This document shows positions 9,699 through 19,340 of a DNA stretch of 64,000 nt, one piece after another (position 1 is the first letter of the stretch; every line of letters begins with the position of its first letter). Source of the stretch: Candidatus Latescibacterota bacterium (GTDB lineage: Bacteria; Latescibacterota; UBA2968). The notes under the pieces were generated by a model, which was given only the letters and a program-made list of their open reading frames with translations, was not told the DNA's origin and did no database searches. The stretch spans positions 3,776,001 through 3,840,000 of the forward strand of contig OZ242311.1 in NCBI GenBank assembly GCA_965207885.1. Reading direction: 5' to 3'. Made by a program: the position numbers and the translations under genes.

Positions 9699-9776
9699 TG
9701 GGGTGAGTGAGGGGATTTGAACCCCCGACCTCCTGGGCCACAACCAGGCGCTCTGACCGACTGAGCTACACCCACC
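9699..9776 (-). tRNA. tRNA-His (GTG) with encoded G-1 and CCA
   Basis: Reverse complement: GGTGGGTGTAGCTCAGTCGGTCAGAGCGCCTGGTTGTGGCCCAGGAGGTCGGGGGTTCAAATCCCCTCACTCACCCCA. Confidence 0.96.
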
Positions 9777-9791
9777 ACACAAAACGCAAAA

Positions 9792-9865
9792 CACTCCCGG
9801 CAGGGCTCGAACCTGCGACCTACTGCTTAGAAGGCAGTTGCTCTATCCAGCTGAGCTACGGGAGC
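9792..9865 (-). tRNA. tRNA-Arg (TCT), CCA not encoded
   Basis: Reverse complement: GCTCCCGTAGCTCAGCTGGATAGAGCAACTGCCTTCTAAGCAGTAGGTCGCAGGTTCGAGCCCTGCCGGGAGTG. Confidence 0.95.
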
Positions 9866-9932
9866 AAAAGATCCCGCCCTTGAGGATTCTTCAAGGGTTA
9901 AGCGAATACCAGATACATCCTATTTGAGAGCA

Positions 9933-9961
9933 AAATTATCATATTGATCAAAAAGTGTCAA
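9933..9961 (-). promoter_or_regulatory. Sigma70-type promoter for tRNA-Arg/His
   Basis: Minus strand TTGACA, 17 bp, TAATTT preceded by TGn. Confidence 0.65.
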
Positions 9962-10180
9962 GCAAAAGTAATGTCTCCTGCTCCTCCCCCTGTCTAAACC
10001 ACAATCCCTGGTCTGTCTTCGAAGATCCCTCGCCTGGCGGCAGACCCAGGCGATAAGTGGCAGATTTTGCACTTCATTTTGCTCCAAATTCCAATTTTTT
10101 TTGAACTTGACAACCATTCTTTCCCTGATGATATTTTGTTCAATATCCGATTCTTCACCCCAAAATTATTAGCCCACAGC

Positions 10181-10807
10181 ATGTCTAGAAAACGACTCAC
10201 ACAGGCCGAACGGCGCACCCAAATTATCGAAGTGGCAATGACGCTGTTCGCCACCAAAGGATTTACCGGTACCACCACGCGTGCCATTGCCCGCGCGGCA
10301 GATGTTTCGGAAGCCATTATCTTCAGGCATTTTGCAACCAAAGAAGACTTATACAATGCCATTATCACATACACAGTTGAAAAACGTTCAGAACAATGGA
10401 ATCAAGACACAATCCCTCCGCCAGACCCACGCAATATCGAACACCTCTTGCGCGATTTTGCCCAGACATTTGTCAATCGCAATCGCAGAGATCCGATATT
10501 CATACGCCTGATGATGTACAGCGCACTCGAAGATCACAAATTTCGAGAAAAATTTTTCACAATTTACAGCAACCCCCACATGCGATCCATTCACCAGGCC
10601 ATTCAAGCTGGTGTCGATCAGGGCCTGTTTCACACAGTTGATCCGGTTGCATCGCGTCGCTCTTTCTTCCATGCACTCTTGCAATACTGCATCAGCCGTT
10701 TTGTTGCGAGAAATGAAACCGATATGCCAGAACGCGATGACGCCATGATTGAAAATCTCGTGACAATTTTTGTGCGCGGACTGCGAATAGATAATCACAA
10801 AAGCTAA
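10181..10807 (+). CDS. TetR/AcrR family regulator
   Basis: 'RRTQIIEVAMTLFATKGFTGTTTRAIARAADVSEAIIFRHFATKEDLY'. Confidence 0.93.
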   Translation: MSRKRLTQAERRTQIIEVAMTLFATKGFTGTTTRAIARAADVSEAIIFRHFATKEDLYNAIITYTVEKRSEQWNQDTIPPPDPRNIEHLLRDFAQTFVNRNRRDPIFIRLMMYSALEDHKFREKFFTIYSNPHMRSIHQAIQAGVDQGLFHTVDPVASRRSFFHALLQYCISRFVARNETDMPERDDAMIENLVTIFVRGLRIDNHKS

Positions 10808-10814
10808 TCCTCTC

Positions 10815-12170
10815 ATGATCGATTTACGCTTTCTCGAAGAAGGCAAAGCAATCCGGGATCCCATTTGGGGTTATATCCACATACCGCCCGATTTTTTACC
10901 CATTGTTGATGCCGAAGAATTTCAACGCCTTCGCGATATATCACAACTCGGACACGTCTTGCTCGTGTATCCCGGAGCCCGCCACTCGCGTTTTGAACAC
11001 GCTTTAGGTGTGTTTCACATTGCGGGCCATTTCCTCAAGCAATTGCTCAAAACCCAGCCCCCTCCAGATATTGATATCGACGATGTGCGCGTACTTCTCG
11101 CGGCGAGTTTGTTGCACGACATCGGTCATTATCCCTTTTCGCATCTGCTCGAAGAAATGCAGATGTTTTTTATTGACCATGAAACGCGGGGGCGCTACAT
11201 CATTGAAGATCCAAGTACAGAAATTCATGCCGCGCTTCTCAAAGTGGGTATTGATCCCCAGCGCGTTGCAAATGTCATCGATTACCAGCAACGCACCATT
11301 CCCGACCGCGATATGCGCCTTGCCCACATTCTCAGCGGTACGCTCGATCCCGACAAAATTGACTATCTTCTGCGCGACGCGCGCTACTGCGGTGTCCCAT
11401 TTGGCGAGAGCGTGAATAGAGACCGCCTCCTATCCTCAATTACATACCATCACGCGACACAGCGACCAGCCATCACTTACAAAGGCGTATCTGCGGCTGA
11501 AGCTCTCATCTTTACCAGTTATCTGATGTATCGCAATGTTTATTGGCACCACGCGGTTCGCTCAGCCAATGCCATGTTCAAGCGCGGGATACAGGACCTT
11601 TTGGCGCATCCCAACTGTTCGCTGACGGAAAATGATTTTGACCGCGCCACCGAATCTGACCTGCTTCACCGTCTCGAAAAAGAACACACCGAACTCGAGA
11701 TCTCCTATCGAACCAGCCTGATTGGCCGTCTCAAAAGACGCAAACTCTTCAAAGTTGCCCGCATATTCTTTCCCCATGAATACGCGCACAACCTCATAAA
11801 TCTATTTCGTCGTCTCTATGACGCACCCGACCAGCGGCGGGAACTTGAGATGGCCTTTTGCACCCACCTTTCCTCAAAGCACAATCTCAACCTCTGCGGC
11901 GATGAAATACTCCTCGACATTCTCCAATTTGACAAAATTCCCGAAGTAGATCTCAAAGTTTTTTTTGACGCCCACATCCCCGTAGAAAAAACAGAACCCT
12001 TGAGCTTTGACGACCCGGAAGTTTCTTTGCTCAAAAATTATCTGATCGACAATTTTGAGGCACAGGCCAAAGTGGTGCGTATCTTCTGCGACGATATTCC
12101 CAATTTACGCCAGGCCGTGCGCGATGAAGCCTTCGCATTTCTGAAAAACTGGGGAACAGTCAGAGCTTGA
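10815..12170 (+). CDS. HD-domain phosphohydrolase, SAMHD1/dNTPase-like
   Basis: 'IRDPIWG', 'FQRLRDISQLG..VYPGARHSRFEHALG', 'LLHDIGHYPFSH', 'DPDKIDYLLRD', 'MYRNVYWH'. Confidence 0.88.
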   Translation: MIDLRFLEEGKAIRDPIWGYIHIPPDFLPIVDAEEFQRLRDISQLGHVLLVYPGARHSRFEHALGVFHIAGHFLKQLLKTQPPPDIDIDDVRVLLAASLLHDIGHYPFSHLLEEMQMFFIDHETRGRYIIEDPSTEIHAALLKVGIDPQRVANVIDYQQRTIPDRDMRLAHILSGTLDPDKIDYLLRDARYCGVPFGESVNRDRLLSSITYHHATQRPAITYKGVSAAEALIFTSYLMYRNVYWHHAVRSANAMFKRGIQDLLAHPNCSLTENDFDRATESDLLHRLEKEHTELEISYRTSLIGRLKRRKLFKVARIFFPHEYAHNLINLFRRLYDAPDQRRELEMAFCTHLSSKHNLNLCGDEILLDILQFDKIPEVDLKVFFDAHIPVEKTEPLSFDDPEVSLLKNYLIDNFEAQAKVVRIFCDDIPNLRQAVRDEAFAFLKNWGTVRA

Positions 12171-12182
12171 TAAAATGAGTAA

Positions 12183-12304
12183 AAAGTTATATATTGCTCA
12201 CTTCTAAATGTAGATTTACTTTACCTGGATTTATTGAAAATTGAAAGTTCTATATTCTCCCTCAGCCATAGATAAGTCACTCTCACCTTTACCTGGATTT
12301 TTTG
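12183..12304 (+). repeat. Degenerate tandem duplication upstream of the M23 gene
   Basis: CTTTACCTGGATTT(A/T)TTG at 12219 and 12287. AAAGTT(A/C)TATATT at 12183 and 12244. Confidence 0.65.
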
Positions 12305-12305
12305 C

Positions 12306-13232
12306 ATGAAAAAATATCTGACTTTAATGTTTATCTCCCACAATGAAGGTTATATCAAAGAATACCATCTCTCACGCCCCAAATTTATCGGCAGTATAAG
12401 TGCATTATGCCTACTCCTTTTTCTCTCACTCGGCTATGTAGCCACAATTGGCAAAAGGGAAAGACTCGCCGAACTCAAGGAGGAAAACACGGCACTCCAA
12501 CGCGAATTTGTCTTAATTCAAGAAGAATTGGAAAACATGCGCCACAACATGGACCAGCTACAGGAAAAAGATCGCATCATGCGCGCCTGGGTTGACCTGT
12601 CCGAACCGAGTGACGAAGTCCGTCAAATAGGTGTGGGGGGTGGAGATGCCATACTGCCAGAATGGGAAAATGCCGTCTCAGACGACGTCTCAGATCTTCT
12701 GACTTATAACCGCACCAATATGGATCAACTCTTGCGAGAAGCGCACTTTCTGAAAACCAGTTTTGATACGATTTTGACAGTACTCAGCAAAGACATCCAG
12801 ATGCGCCAGCACATACCTTCAATTACCCCTGTAAGAATGAAAAATCCGAGAATATCATCGGGATTTGGCTACCGTCGCGATCCATTCACCGGGCGTAGGC
12901 AATTTCACTTTGGTATCGATTATCCCGGTCGCAGGGGCACGCCTATTATCGCTGCAGCCGATGGGAAAATAGATAAAATTAACTATAATAATCGTTTGGG
13001 ATGGTATGTGATTATCGACCACGGCTATGGCTTACAAACGCTATACGGGCACCTCAATGGCAGGCCGTCTGGCAAGCAGGGTGATCGCGTCAAACGCGGT
13101 GAAAAGATTGGGGAGATGGGCAGAACAGGACGCTCAACAGCCCCACATCTCCACTACTCAGTCTACAAAAATGGCGATCCCGAAAATCCCAAACACTACA
13201 TCTTTGATCAAAAAACGCGCTCTTTGTTTTAA
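12306..13232 (+). CDS. M23 family metallopeptidase with TM and coiled coil
   Basis: 'ISSGFGYRRDPFTG..FHFGIDY', 'TLYGHL', 'GRSTAPHLHY'. Confidence 0.93.
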   Translation: MKKYLTLMFISHNEGYIKEYHLSRPKFIGSISALCLLLFLSLGYVATIGKRERLAELKEENTALQREFVLIQEELENMRHNMDQLQEKDRIMRAWVDLSEPSDEVRQIGVGGGDAILPEWENAVSDDVSDLLTYNRTNMDQLLREAHFLKTSFDTILTVLSKDIQMRQHIPSITPVRMKNPRISSGFGYRRDPFTGRRQFHFGIDYPGRRGTPIIAAADGKIDKINYNNRLGWYVIIDHGYGLQTLYGHLNGRPSGKQGDRVKRGEKIGEMGRTGRSTAPHLHYSVYKNGDPENPKHYIFDQKTRSLF

Positions 13233-13250
13233 CGAATCAGAGGATAAACT

Positions 13251-14561
13251 ATGAGTTCCAGTACTCTTTCTGTTTACAGTTCGCTATCTGTCGCAACGGT
13301 CTGGTCTGGTCATCCCGTCGGATTTGATCTATTGACCCACGGCGATGTGCAATTTATCGCGTTTTACAATGCCGAGCGCAAAATGACCGTTGGAATGCGA
13401 AAGATAGATGAAGATGCCTGGATGTTTGCACACCCCGAAGGTCTATGGCTGGAGAATCGGGGCCGACTGTCATCGGAGACCGGATGGGACAGTCACAATT
13501 CACTGACCATGGCCATCGACGATGATGGCCATATTCATTTGTGCGGCAATATGCATGTGGATCCCTTGATTTATTTTCGCACAACGCGCCCACTCGATGT
13601 CACGAGTTTTGAACGCATAGACTTTATGGTCGGCAAAAATGAGGATCGCTGTACCTACCCCGTGTTTATGCGCGGTCCCAATAATGAATTGATTTTTCGA
13701 TTTCGAGATGGCAGGAGCGGCAATGGAGTCGATTTTTACAACGTCTATGATGTCCAGACAAAAACCTGGCACCGGATGCTCAGTACGCCATTGCTCGATG
13801 GGCTCGATCGCATGAATGCGTATGCGCGCCTGCCCGAAAAAGGGCCAGACGGGATTTATCACATGGTCTGGATCTGGCGCAATACACCCGATTGTGCGAC
13901 CAATCACAGTATTTCTTATGCACGCAGTCCAGATCTCATGTCCTGGGAAACAGGCGGCGGCAACGCACTAACTTTGCCAATTACAATAGAAAGTGGTGCC
14001 ACTATCGATCCCGTACCCCCAGGGGGTGGGTTGATCAATATGACGCAATCACTGGGTTTCGACGACCAGAAACGCGCCGTGATCAGCTATCACAAACACG
14101 ACGAAAATGGATACACACAAGCCTATTGTGCGCGTTTGGAAAATGGCGAGTGGGTATTTTACAAAGTGAGTGATTGGACCTATCGGTGGGAGTTTGGGGG
14201 CGGCGGCTCCATCGGTGCTGAAATTCGATTGGGCGGTATCCAGCCAGAGGCCGATGGGGGCCTCAGCATGAGCTATTGGCATATAAAAGAAGGCCAGGGA
14301 ATCTGGAAATTACATCCCCAAACTCTGCAAGTGGTCGGGACATACCCACCACCCGATAACGAGATCCCCGATGAATTAGAACAAGTGACATCTGATTATC
14401 CGGGCATGACTGTCAACCTACGCAGTGCTCGCGGCAATGGAACACGTCCCGGAGAGCAACACGTCTTGCGCTGGGAAACACTGGACCGCAACCGCGACAG
14501 ACCCAGAGAAAAAATCCCACCGCCGAGTGAATTGAGACTCTATATCCTTCGTAAAAAATAA
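13251..14561 (+). CDS. BNR_4-like beta-propeller protein (possible polysaccharide lyase/hydrolase)
   Basis: 'WDSHNSLTMAIDDDGHIHLCGNMH', 'TYPVF', 'RDGRSGNG', Asp-box 'YARSPDLMSW'. No signal peptide. Confidence 0.7.
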   Translation: MSSSTLSVYSSLSVATVWSGHPVGFDLLTHGDVQFIAFYNAERKMTVGMRKIDEDAWMFAHPEGLWLENRGRLSSETGWDSHNSLTMAIDDDGHIHLCGNMHVDPLIYFRTTRPLDVTSFERIDFMVGKNEDRCTYPVFMRGPNNELIFRFRDGRSGNGVDFYNVYDVQTKTWHRMLSTPLLDGLDRMNAYARLPEKGPDGIYHMVWIWRNTPDCATNHSISYARSPDLMSWETGGGNALTLPITIESGATIDPVPPGGGLINMTQSLGFDDQKRAVISYHKHDENGYTQAYCARLENGEWVFYKVSDWTYRWEFGGGGSIGAEIRLGGIQPEADGGLSMSYWHIKEGQGIWKLHPQTLQVVGTYPPPDNEIPDELEQVTSDYPGMTVNLRSARGNGTRPGEQHVLRWETLDRNRDRPREKIPPPSELRLYILRKK

Positions 14562-14562
14562 A

Positions 14563-14596
14563 AAAGCCCCTCGTTGAGTAATCACCGGGGGGCTTT
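14563..14596. terminator. Intrinsic terminator-like hairpin
   Basis: AAAGCCCCTCG...CGGGGGGCTTT right after the stop. A second imperfect hairpin plus T-tract follows at about 14601-14641. Confidence 0.65.
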
Positions 14597-14721
14597 AATT
14601 GTCGCCCGCTATTACACAACAGCAATGGTGGGACTTTTTTTATTTGGAGATAAAATTTCATAACTTATTTTTTATTTCTGCATATTGTTTCTCAATCGTA
14701 TTTACTAAAAAAGGAGACGAC

Positions 14722-15681
14722 ATGAGTTCTGATACATTTCGCGGGGTATTTACCATACCCTCAACGCCGTTTAAGCAAAATGGAGATGTCGATTGGGGCG
14801 ATCTCAAACGCGTGCTGGATTTTTGTATCACCTGCGGCGCGCACGGAATTGTCTGGCCCGTAAATGCCAGCAGTTTTCCCGTATTGACCGACCAGGAACG
14901 CCTGCACGGTATGCAGATGGTCGTAGAACACACCGCCGGACGCGTTCCAGTAATTCTCGGCGTTCAGGGGGCGAGTGGGCATCACGCGGTGATGTTCGCA
15001 CGGCACGCGCAGGCATTGGAAGCCGATGGTGTCATCGCAATGGCCCCTTATATAGAGCCAATTGAGGACGAAGATGCGATGGTACGCTATTATCGGGGAA
15101 TAGACCGCGAAGTGGATATGCCAATTTTTATACAAAATCACCTGCGGGGCAGCGAGTTGTCCATCGACACAGTGGTGCGCTTGATCAATGAAGTAGAACA
15201 CATAGAATACGTTAAGGAAGAGGTCTTCCCTCCAACGCACATGATTACGGGCTTAATCGAACAAGCAGGCCCCAAATTGAAAGGCGTATTTGGCGGAGCC
15301 AGCGGCCGCTATTTATTGCTCGAACATCCGCGCGGTGTAGCTGGACAAATGCCGGGCTGCCACATAACAGATGTCGTAGTGCGCCTGTGGAACGCCCTGG
15401 AAGCCGGAGATTTGAAAGAGGCAAAACGGGTATATGGCATCATGGCACCATTATTCGCGCTCGAGACAATAAAAGGCACAAATTATCCCGAAATACTGCG
15501 TCGCCGCCAGGTCATCAAAAGCTCGCACAGCCGTTTGACAACCCGTTTTCCAACTCAAGATGCGTACGATCACGCGGCACTCGACGATATTTTACGGGAT
15601 CTGGAACCGCTATTTACATGGAATGAAAAGCCACTGCTATACGGTCCCCCCGAATGGCTCAAAGATCAATGGACGGATTAA
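14722..15681 (+). CDS. DHDPS/NAL-family class I aldolase/dehydratase
   Basis: AAGGAG RBS, 'STPF', 'LTDQER', 'GRVPVILGV', 'ADGVIAMAPY', Schiff-base Lys in 'YVKEE'. Confidence 0.85.
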   Translation: MSSDTFRGVFTIPSTPFKQNGDVDWGDLKRVLDFCITCGAHGIVWPVNASSFPVLTDQERLHGMQMVVEHTAGRVPVILGVQGASGHHAVMFARHAQALEADGVIAMAPYIEPIEDEDAMVRYYRGIDREVDMPIFIQNHLRGSELSIDTVVRLINEVEHIEYVKEEVFPPTHMITGLIEQAGPKLKGVFGGASGRYLLLEHPRGVAGQMPGCHITDVVVRLWNALEAGDLKEAKRVYGIMAPLFALETIKGTNYPEILRRRQVIKSSHSRLTTRFPTQDAYDHAALDDILRDLEPLFTWNEKPLLYGPPEWLKDQWTD

Positions 15682-15733
15682 ACCAGCCTTTGTAAATAAT
15701 CGCTCAATCTCCAATTTGTGACACGGAAATTTC

Positions 15734-18149
15734 ATGCATCTGAAATCATTGTCTCGATTGACAGTTTATTTTTTTGTCCTTTGGGGATCCATCTCAACCA
15801 GCATTGCTCAGGAAGTATCATTAGTGTCTCAGGACACGACGGCTGCTGGTCGCTGGAGCCTTATAGCCGGCACTGCTTTTTTGACCGCCGGTGAACGGCC
15901 TTACATAGACCGAGAAGGCAGCATGTGGTGGGGATACCAGGACAATGTCTTTGTGCTGAGGCAAAACCAGTTATCAAAGATAACCGTAGGATGGCCTGTG
16001 AACGCGATAGTGCAAGATTCAACGGGGGCCATGTGGTTTTTTGGACATCACAGCGATTCGCTCATTGTCTCGCGCTACGACGGCATTATACGGGAGATAA
16101 CGAAAACGCAAGTAAAGTGGAATTTGATTATGAGCCCTCCGGCAGTTGTAGATGGCAAAGGGCGATTTTGGATGCGTGCTCACCCCCTATATGAACGCAG
16201 ATCAAGTGGCGGCTATGGTATCTTTGAGTACACCAATAACCGCTGGGTTCACCACACAACTGAAGCAGGACTCAGGGACGACCGTATTTACGACTTGACC
16301 GTAGATCAAAAAGGCCACCTCTGGGCTGCGACTTACAGAAGTGCCAGCCAATACCGAGACGGGCAATGGCACAATTATGGTCGGGGAGACGGTTTAAGCA
16401 ATCAGAAAGTGTATCGAATTGCCATAGACAAAAATGGCGACATCTGGTGTACGCATGGCAATCGCGATGATATTTCCGTTTATGACGGTGATAAATGGCG
16501 CGTGATCAACACGAAATCCGGTATGCCTATTGGGAAAGTGCGGGCAGCACTTTGTGCGCGAGATGGCACCTTCTGGTTTGGTGTACACTATCACGATATT
16601 ACAGATCCAGAACAAAGCGGTCTGGTTCGGTTTGACGGGCAATCGTGGCTTGTGTTGACAGAAAGGGATGGATTACCGGGCAATCACGTTCTGAAAATTT
16701 TTGAACTGCTGGATGGCAAGCTGTTATTGCAGATTCGAAAACCAACATCGACGGTATTTGAGTCAGACACAACGCCGTTGCAAATTTCCAATCAATCACT
16801 TGTGGTATTTGAACCCGATACAACGCGATGGGCACGCGTTTCGGGATATGTTGAAAATCGAGATGGAACAGCTATAGATCACATGGCAGTGTCTCTCACA
16901 ACACCCAAAGGGCATGTAAAAGCGAGCACTGTGACCGATGCTCAGGGTTTTTACGAAATGAGGGTCTTACCCGGCAAATACAGGGTTCAATTACCGGATG
17001 CATGGGGCGGTAAACGCGACATAGTCGTAGCCCCTGGCGAGACTGTCAGTGGCGTGGATATTCGCCCCTTTTGGTTTATAAATTCGGAAACGCGCAATAC
17101 CGTTTTCGGACTTGTCTTTTTCTTCTTTATAGTTATGGTGCTCGTCGGCTTGCTCTATATCGTCATCCGCGCATTCGCTGTGCAGCCGCTCAAAGTGCCC
17201 GAACTGAGTGGTGAACACAACCCCCTCCGTCTTCGTTTTCACGGAAATGGAAGCAGTCTATTTGGTATTTTTGTAATCAATGTGTTGTTTACACTCCTCA
17301 CGCTCGGAGTGTATTATTTTTGGGGCAAGGCAAAAATTCGGCGTTATATGCACAGCCAAACAGAATTGCACAACAGCCGGTTCTCAAACCACACTACCGG
17401 CGGCGAACTCTGTATTGGCTGGATTAAAGCCATTATTTTAATCGTCACAATCGTATTAATTTCGGAAATACCCTCGTTTTTCTGGGAAGGTATGACGCAC
17501 GAGTGGATCACTATGCTCGCGTTTTACGGGCTTCTGCTTTTTGTATTTTTGCCACTGGCCATTGTGGGTTCCCTGCGTTTCAGGCTCAGCCGAACTTCTT
17601 ATCAGGGCATCCGTTTGTCCTTCAGGGGCAATAGCAAAACATTTTTCAAAATCTATTATATCGGGCTATTAAAAACAATATTCACCCTGGGGTTGTACTA
17701 TCCCTATTTTGAAACGAAGATTCGTCTATTCTTGACCAGGAGCGCGCAGTTTGGCACAGGGCGTTTTAAATTTTTCGGCACAGGGCGCAACCTATTCTGG
17801 TATTTTGTACTAAATTTGTTACTCACGCCTTTTACACTGGGTTTGTGCTGGTATTGGTACACGGCACTCAAGACGCGCTACTACTGGTCTTGCACGACAT
17901 TCGAAGGCACTTCATTTCATTCGACTGTTGTCGGCAGTCGCCTTCTGTTGCTAAAGGTCGAAAATTTTATTTTACTCGTCATTTCCCTGGGCCTGGCCCT
18001 GGGTTGCGGTTCGCAATAACAGATTTTTGTGCGACTATCTCGTTTTGTCCGACCCACCGGATTTTTCCAGTATTGCCCAGGACTTTTCAGACGCCGGAGC
18101 AACGGGCGAAGGCTTGAGCGATTATCTGGATTTTGAATTTGAGTTTTAG
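15734..18149 (+). CDS. Fusion of a two-component-regulator-type beta-propeller, a carboxypeptidase-regulatory-like domain and YjgN/DUF898. Frameshifted near 17996 (annotated frame stops at 18019).
   Basis: Signal peptide, repeats 'GL....V..I..D..G.LW', 'VSGYVENRDG...TDAQGFYEM..PGKYRV', then 'FHGNGSSLFGIFVINVLFTLLTLGVYYFWGKAKIRRY'. A YjgN-like tail 'PWVAVRNNRF...GATGEGLSDYLDFEF' continues in another frame to TAG at 18149. Confidence 0.8.
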
Positions 18150-18153
18150 AACT

Positions 18154-19305
18154 ATGGCACGGGATACACACAGGTGGCACGCACACTTTTACGATGGGCA
18201 AACTGCACAGCCCCATACCGTGCAGATAGAAGTTTTAGCGAATGGCCTTGAGATAATATTTTCAGACCGCCCATCTGAAATTTGGACTTACGGAAGTTTT
18301 CGTCAGACCGAGGGCTTTCACAGCGGAGAATTGATCCGGTTTGAAAAGAGCGATACCTTTGGGCAAGCACTGGTAATAGACGACGTGCAAATTCTGGAGG
18401 TCATTCGAGAACGCAACCCCATTTCGGGCTTTCACAATCCCAGGCTTCGCCGTTACCGGGTCCCTCTTGTCGGTTTTTCTCTCGTTTCTATTGTGTTTAT
18501 TATCTGGCTGCTCTACGGCCATATTCTGCCCGTATTCATCGACGGCATCGCACGCATTGCGCCCGTTGCCTGGGAAGAATCACTTGGCCGATCCGTTGTC
18601 GCGTATATCGCACCCAAAGAAGACCGCTGCCAGGATGAAATTTATACTGAAGTCTTTGATGAAATCGACGCGCGTTTGACCGCCCCGACAAACTTGCCCT
18701 ATACATTTCGCATTTACGTCGTTAAGAACGCCCAAGTAAATGCCTTCGCGCTTCCCGGCGGCTATATGGCAATTACAACCGGCTTTCTAAAGCGCGTAAA
18801 ATCCGCCGAGCAAATCGCCGGTGTAATCGCACACGAGATGCAACATGTCGTGCAAAGACACGGCACCCGGGCCGTCTTACGAGAAATGTCCACGCGCACA
18901 CTTATTGCAGCGATTTCCGGTGGTGGCGAAGGTTTGGACTACGTGCTTGACGGAGCCGCCCTGGTGGGTGCCCTGCGTTTTTCAAGAGACCACGAGTCTT
19001 CTGCTGATATCGAAGGCATGAAAATGATTCTTGATGCGAATATTGACCCAAAAGGAATGGTCGAAGCATTTGAAATCCTTCTCGAAATAATGGGAGATAT
19101 GCCAGATGGTCTGGTCTATGCTTCAACCCACCCCTTGACAAAAAATCGCATTCGTTCACTATCGCCCTATTTAGATTCCCTGAAAGTCGATCCCATTCCA
19201 ATCGTCTCCGACTCAACCTGGGCGCGTTTCGCGCAAGCAATTCGCGCAGGCCAGTGTAAGCGAGCGGATGAACAGAAGGCGCCCACAACGCAGAAAAGCG
19301 AGTGA
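18154..19305 (+). CDS. M48 family Zn metallopeptidase (YjgN-associated type)
   Basis: N-terminal 'FYDGQTA', TM, 'WEESLG', 'VNAFALPGG', 'AHEMQHV', 'FSRDHESSAD', 'STHP'. Confidence 0.9.
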   Translation: MARDTHRWHAHFYDGQTAQPHTVQIEVLANGLEIIFSDRPSEIWTYGSFRQTEGFHSGELIRFEKSDTFGQALVIDDVQILEVIRERNPISGFHNPRLRRYRVPLVGFSLVSIVFIIWLLYGHILPVFIDGIARIAPVAWEESLGRSVVAYIAPKEDRCQDEIYTEVFDEIDARLTAPTNLPYTFRIYVVKNAQVNAFALPGGYMAITTGFLKRVKSAEQIAGVIAHEMQHVVQRHGTRAVLREMSTRTLIAAISGGGEGLDYVLDGAALVGALRFSRDHESSADIEGMKMILDANIDPKGMVEAFEILLEIMGDMPDGLVYASTHPLTKNRIRSLSPYLDSLKVDPIPIVSDSTWARFAQAIRAGQCKRADEQKAPTTQKSE

Positions 19306-19340
19306 TCGGCGCAGCACAACATAGCGCAAAGGAGCAAAAA

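Noticed and set aside
14722-15681. dapA
   Set aside because: Lacks GTTGE and the catalytic Tyr. No lysine-pathway context.
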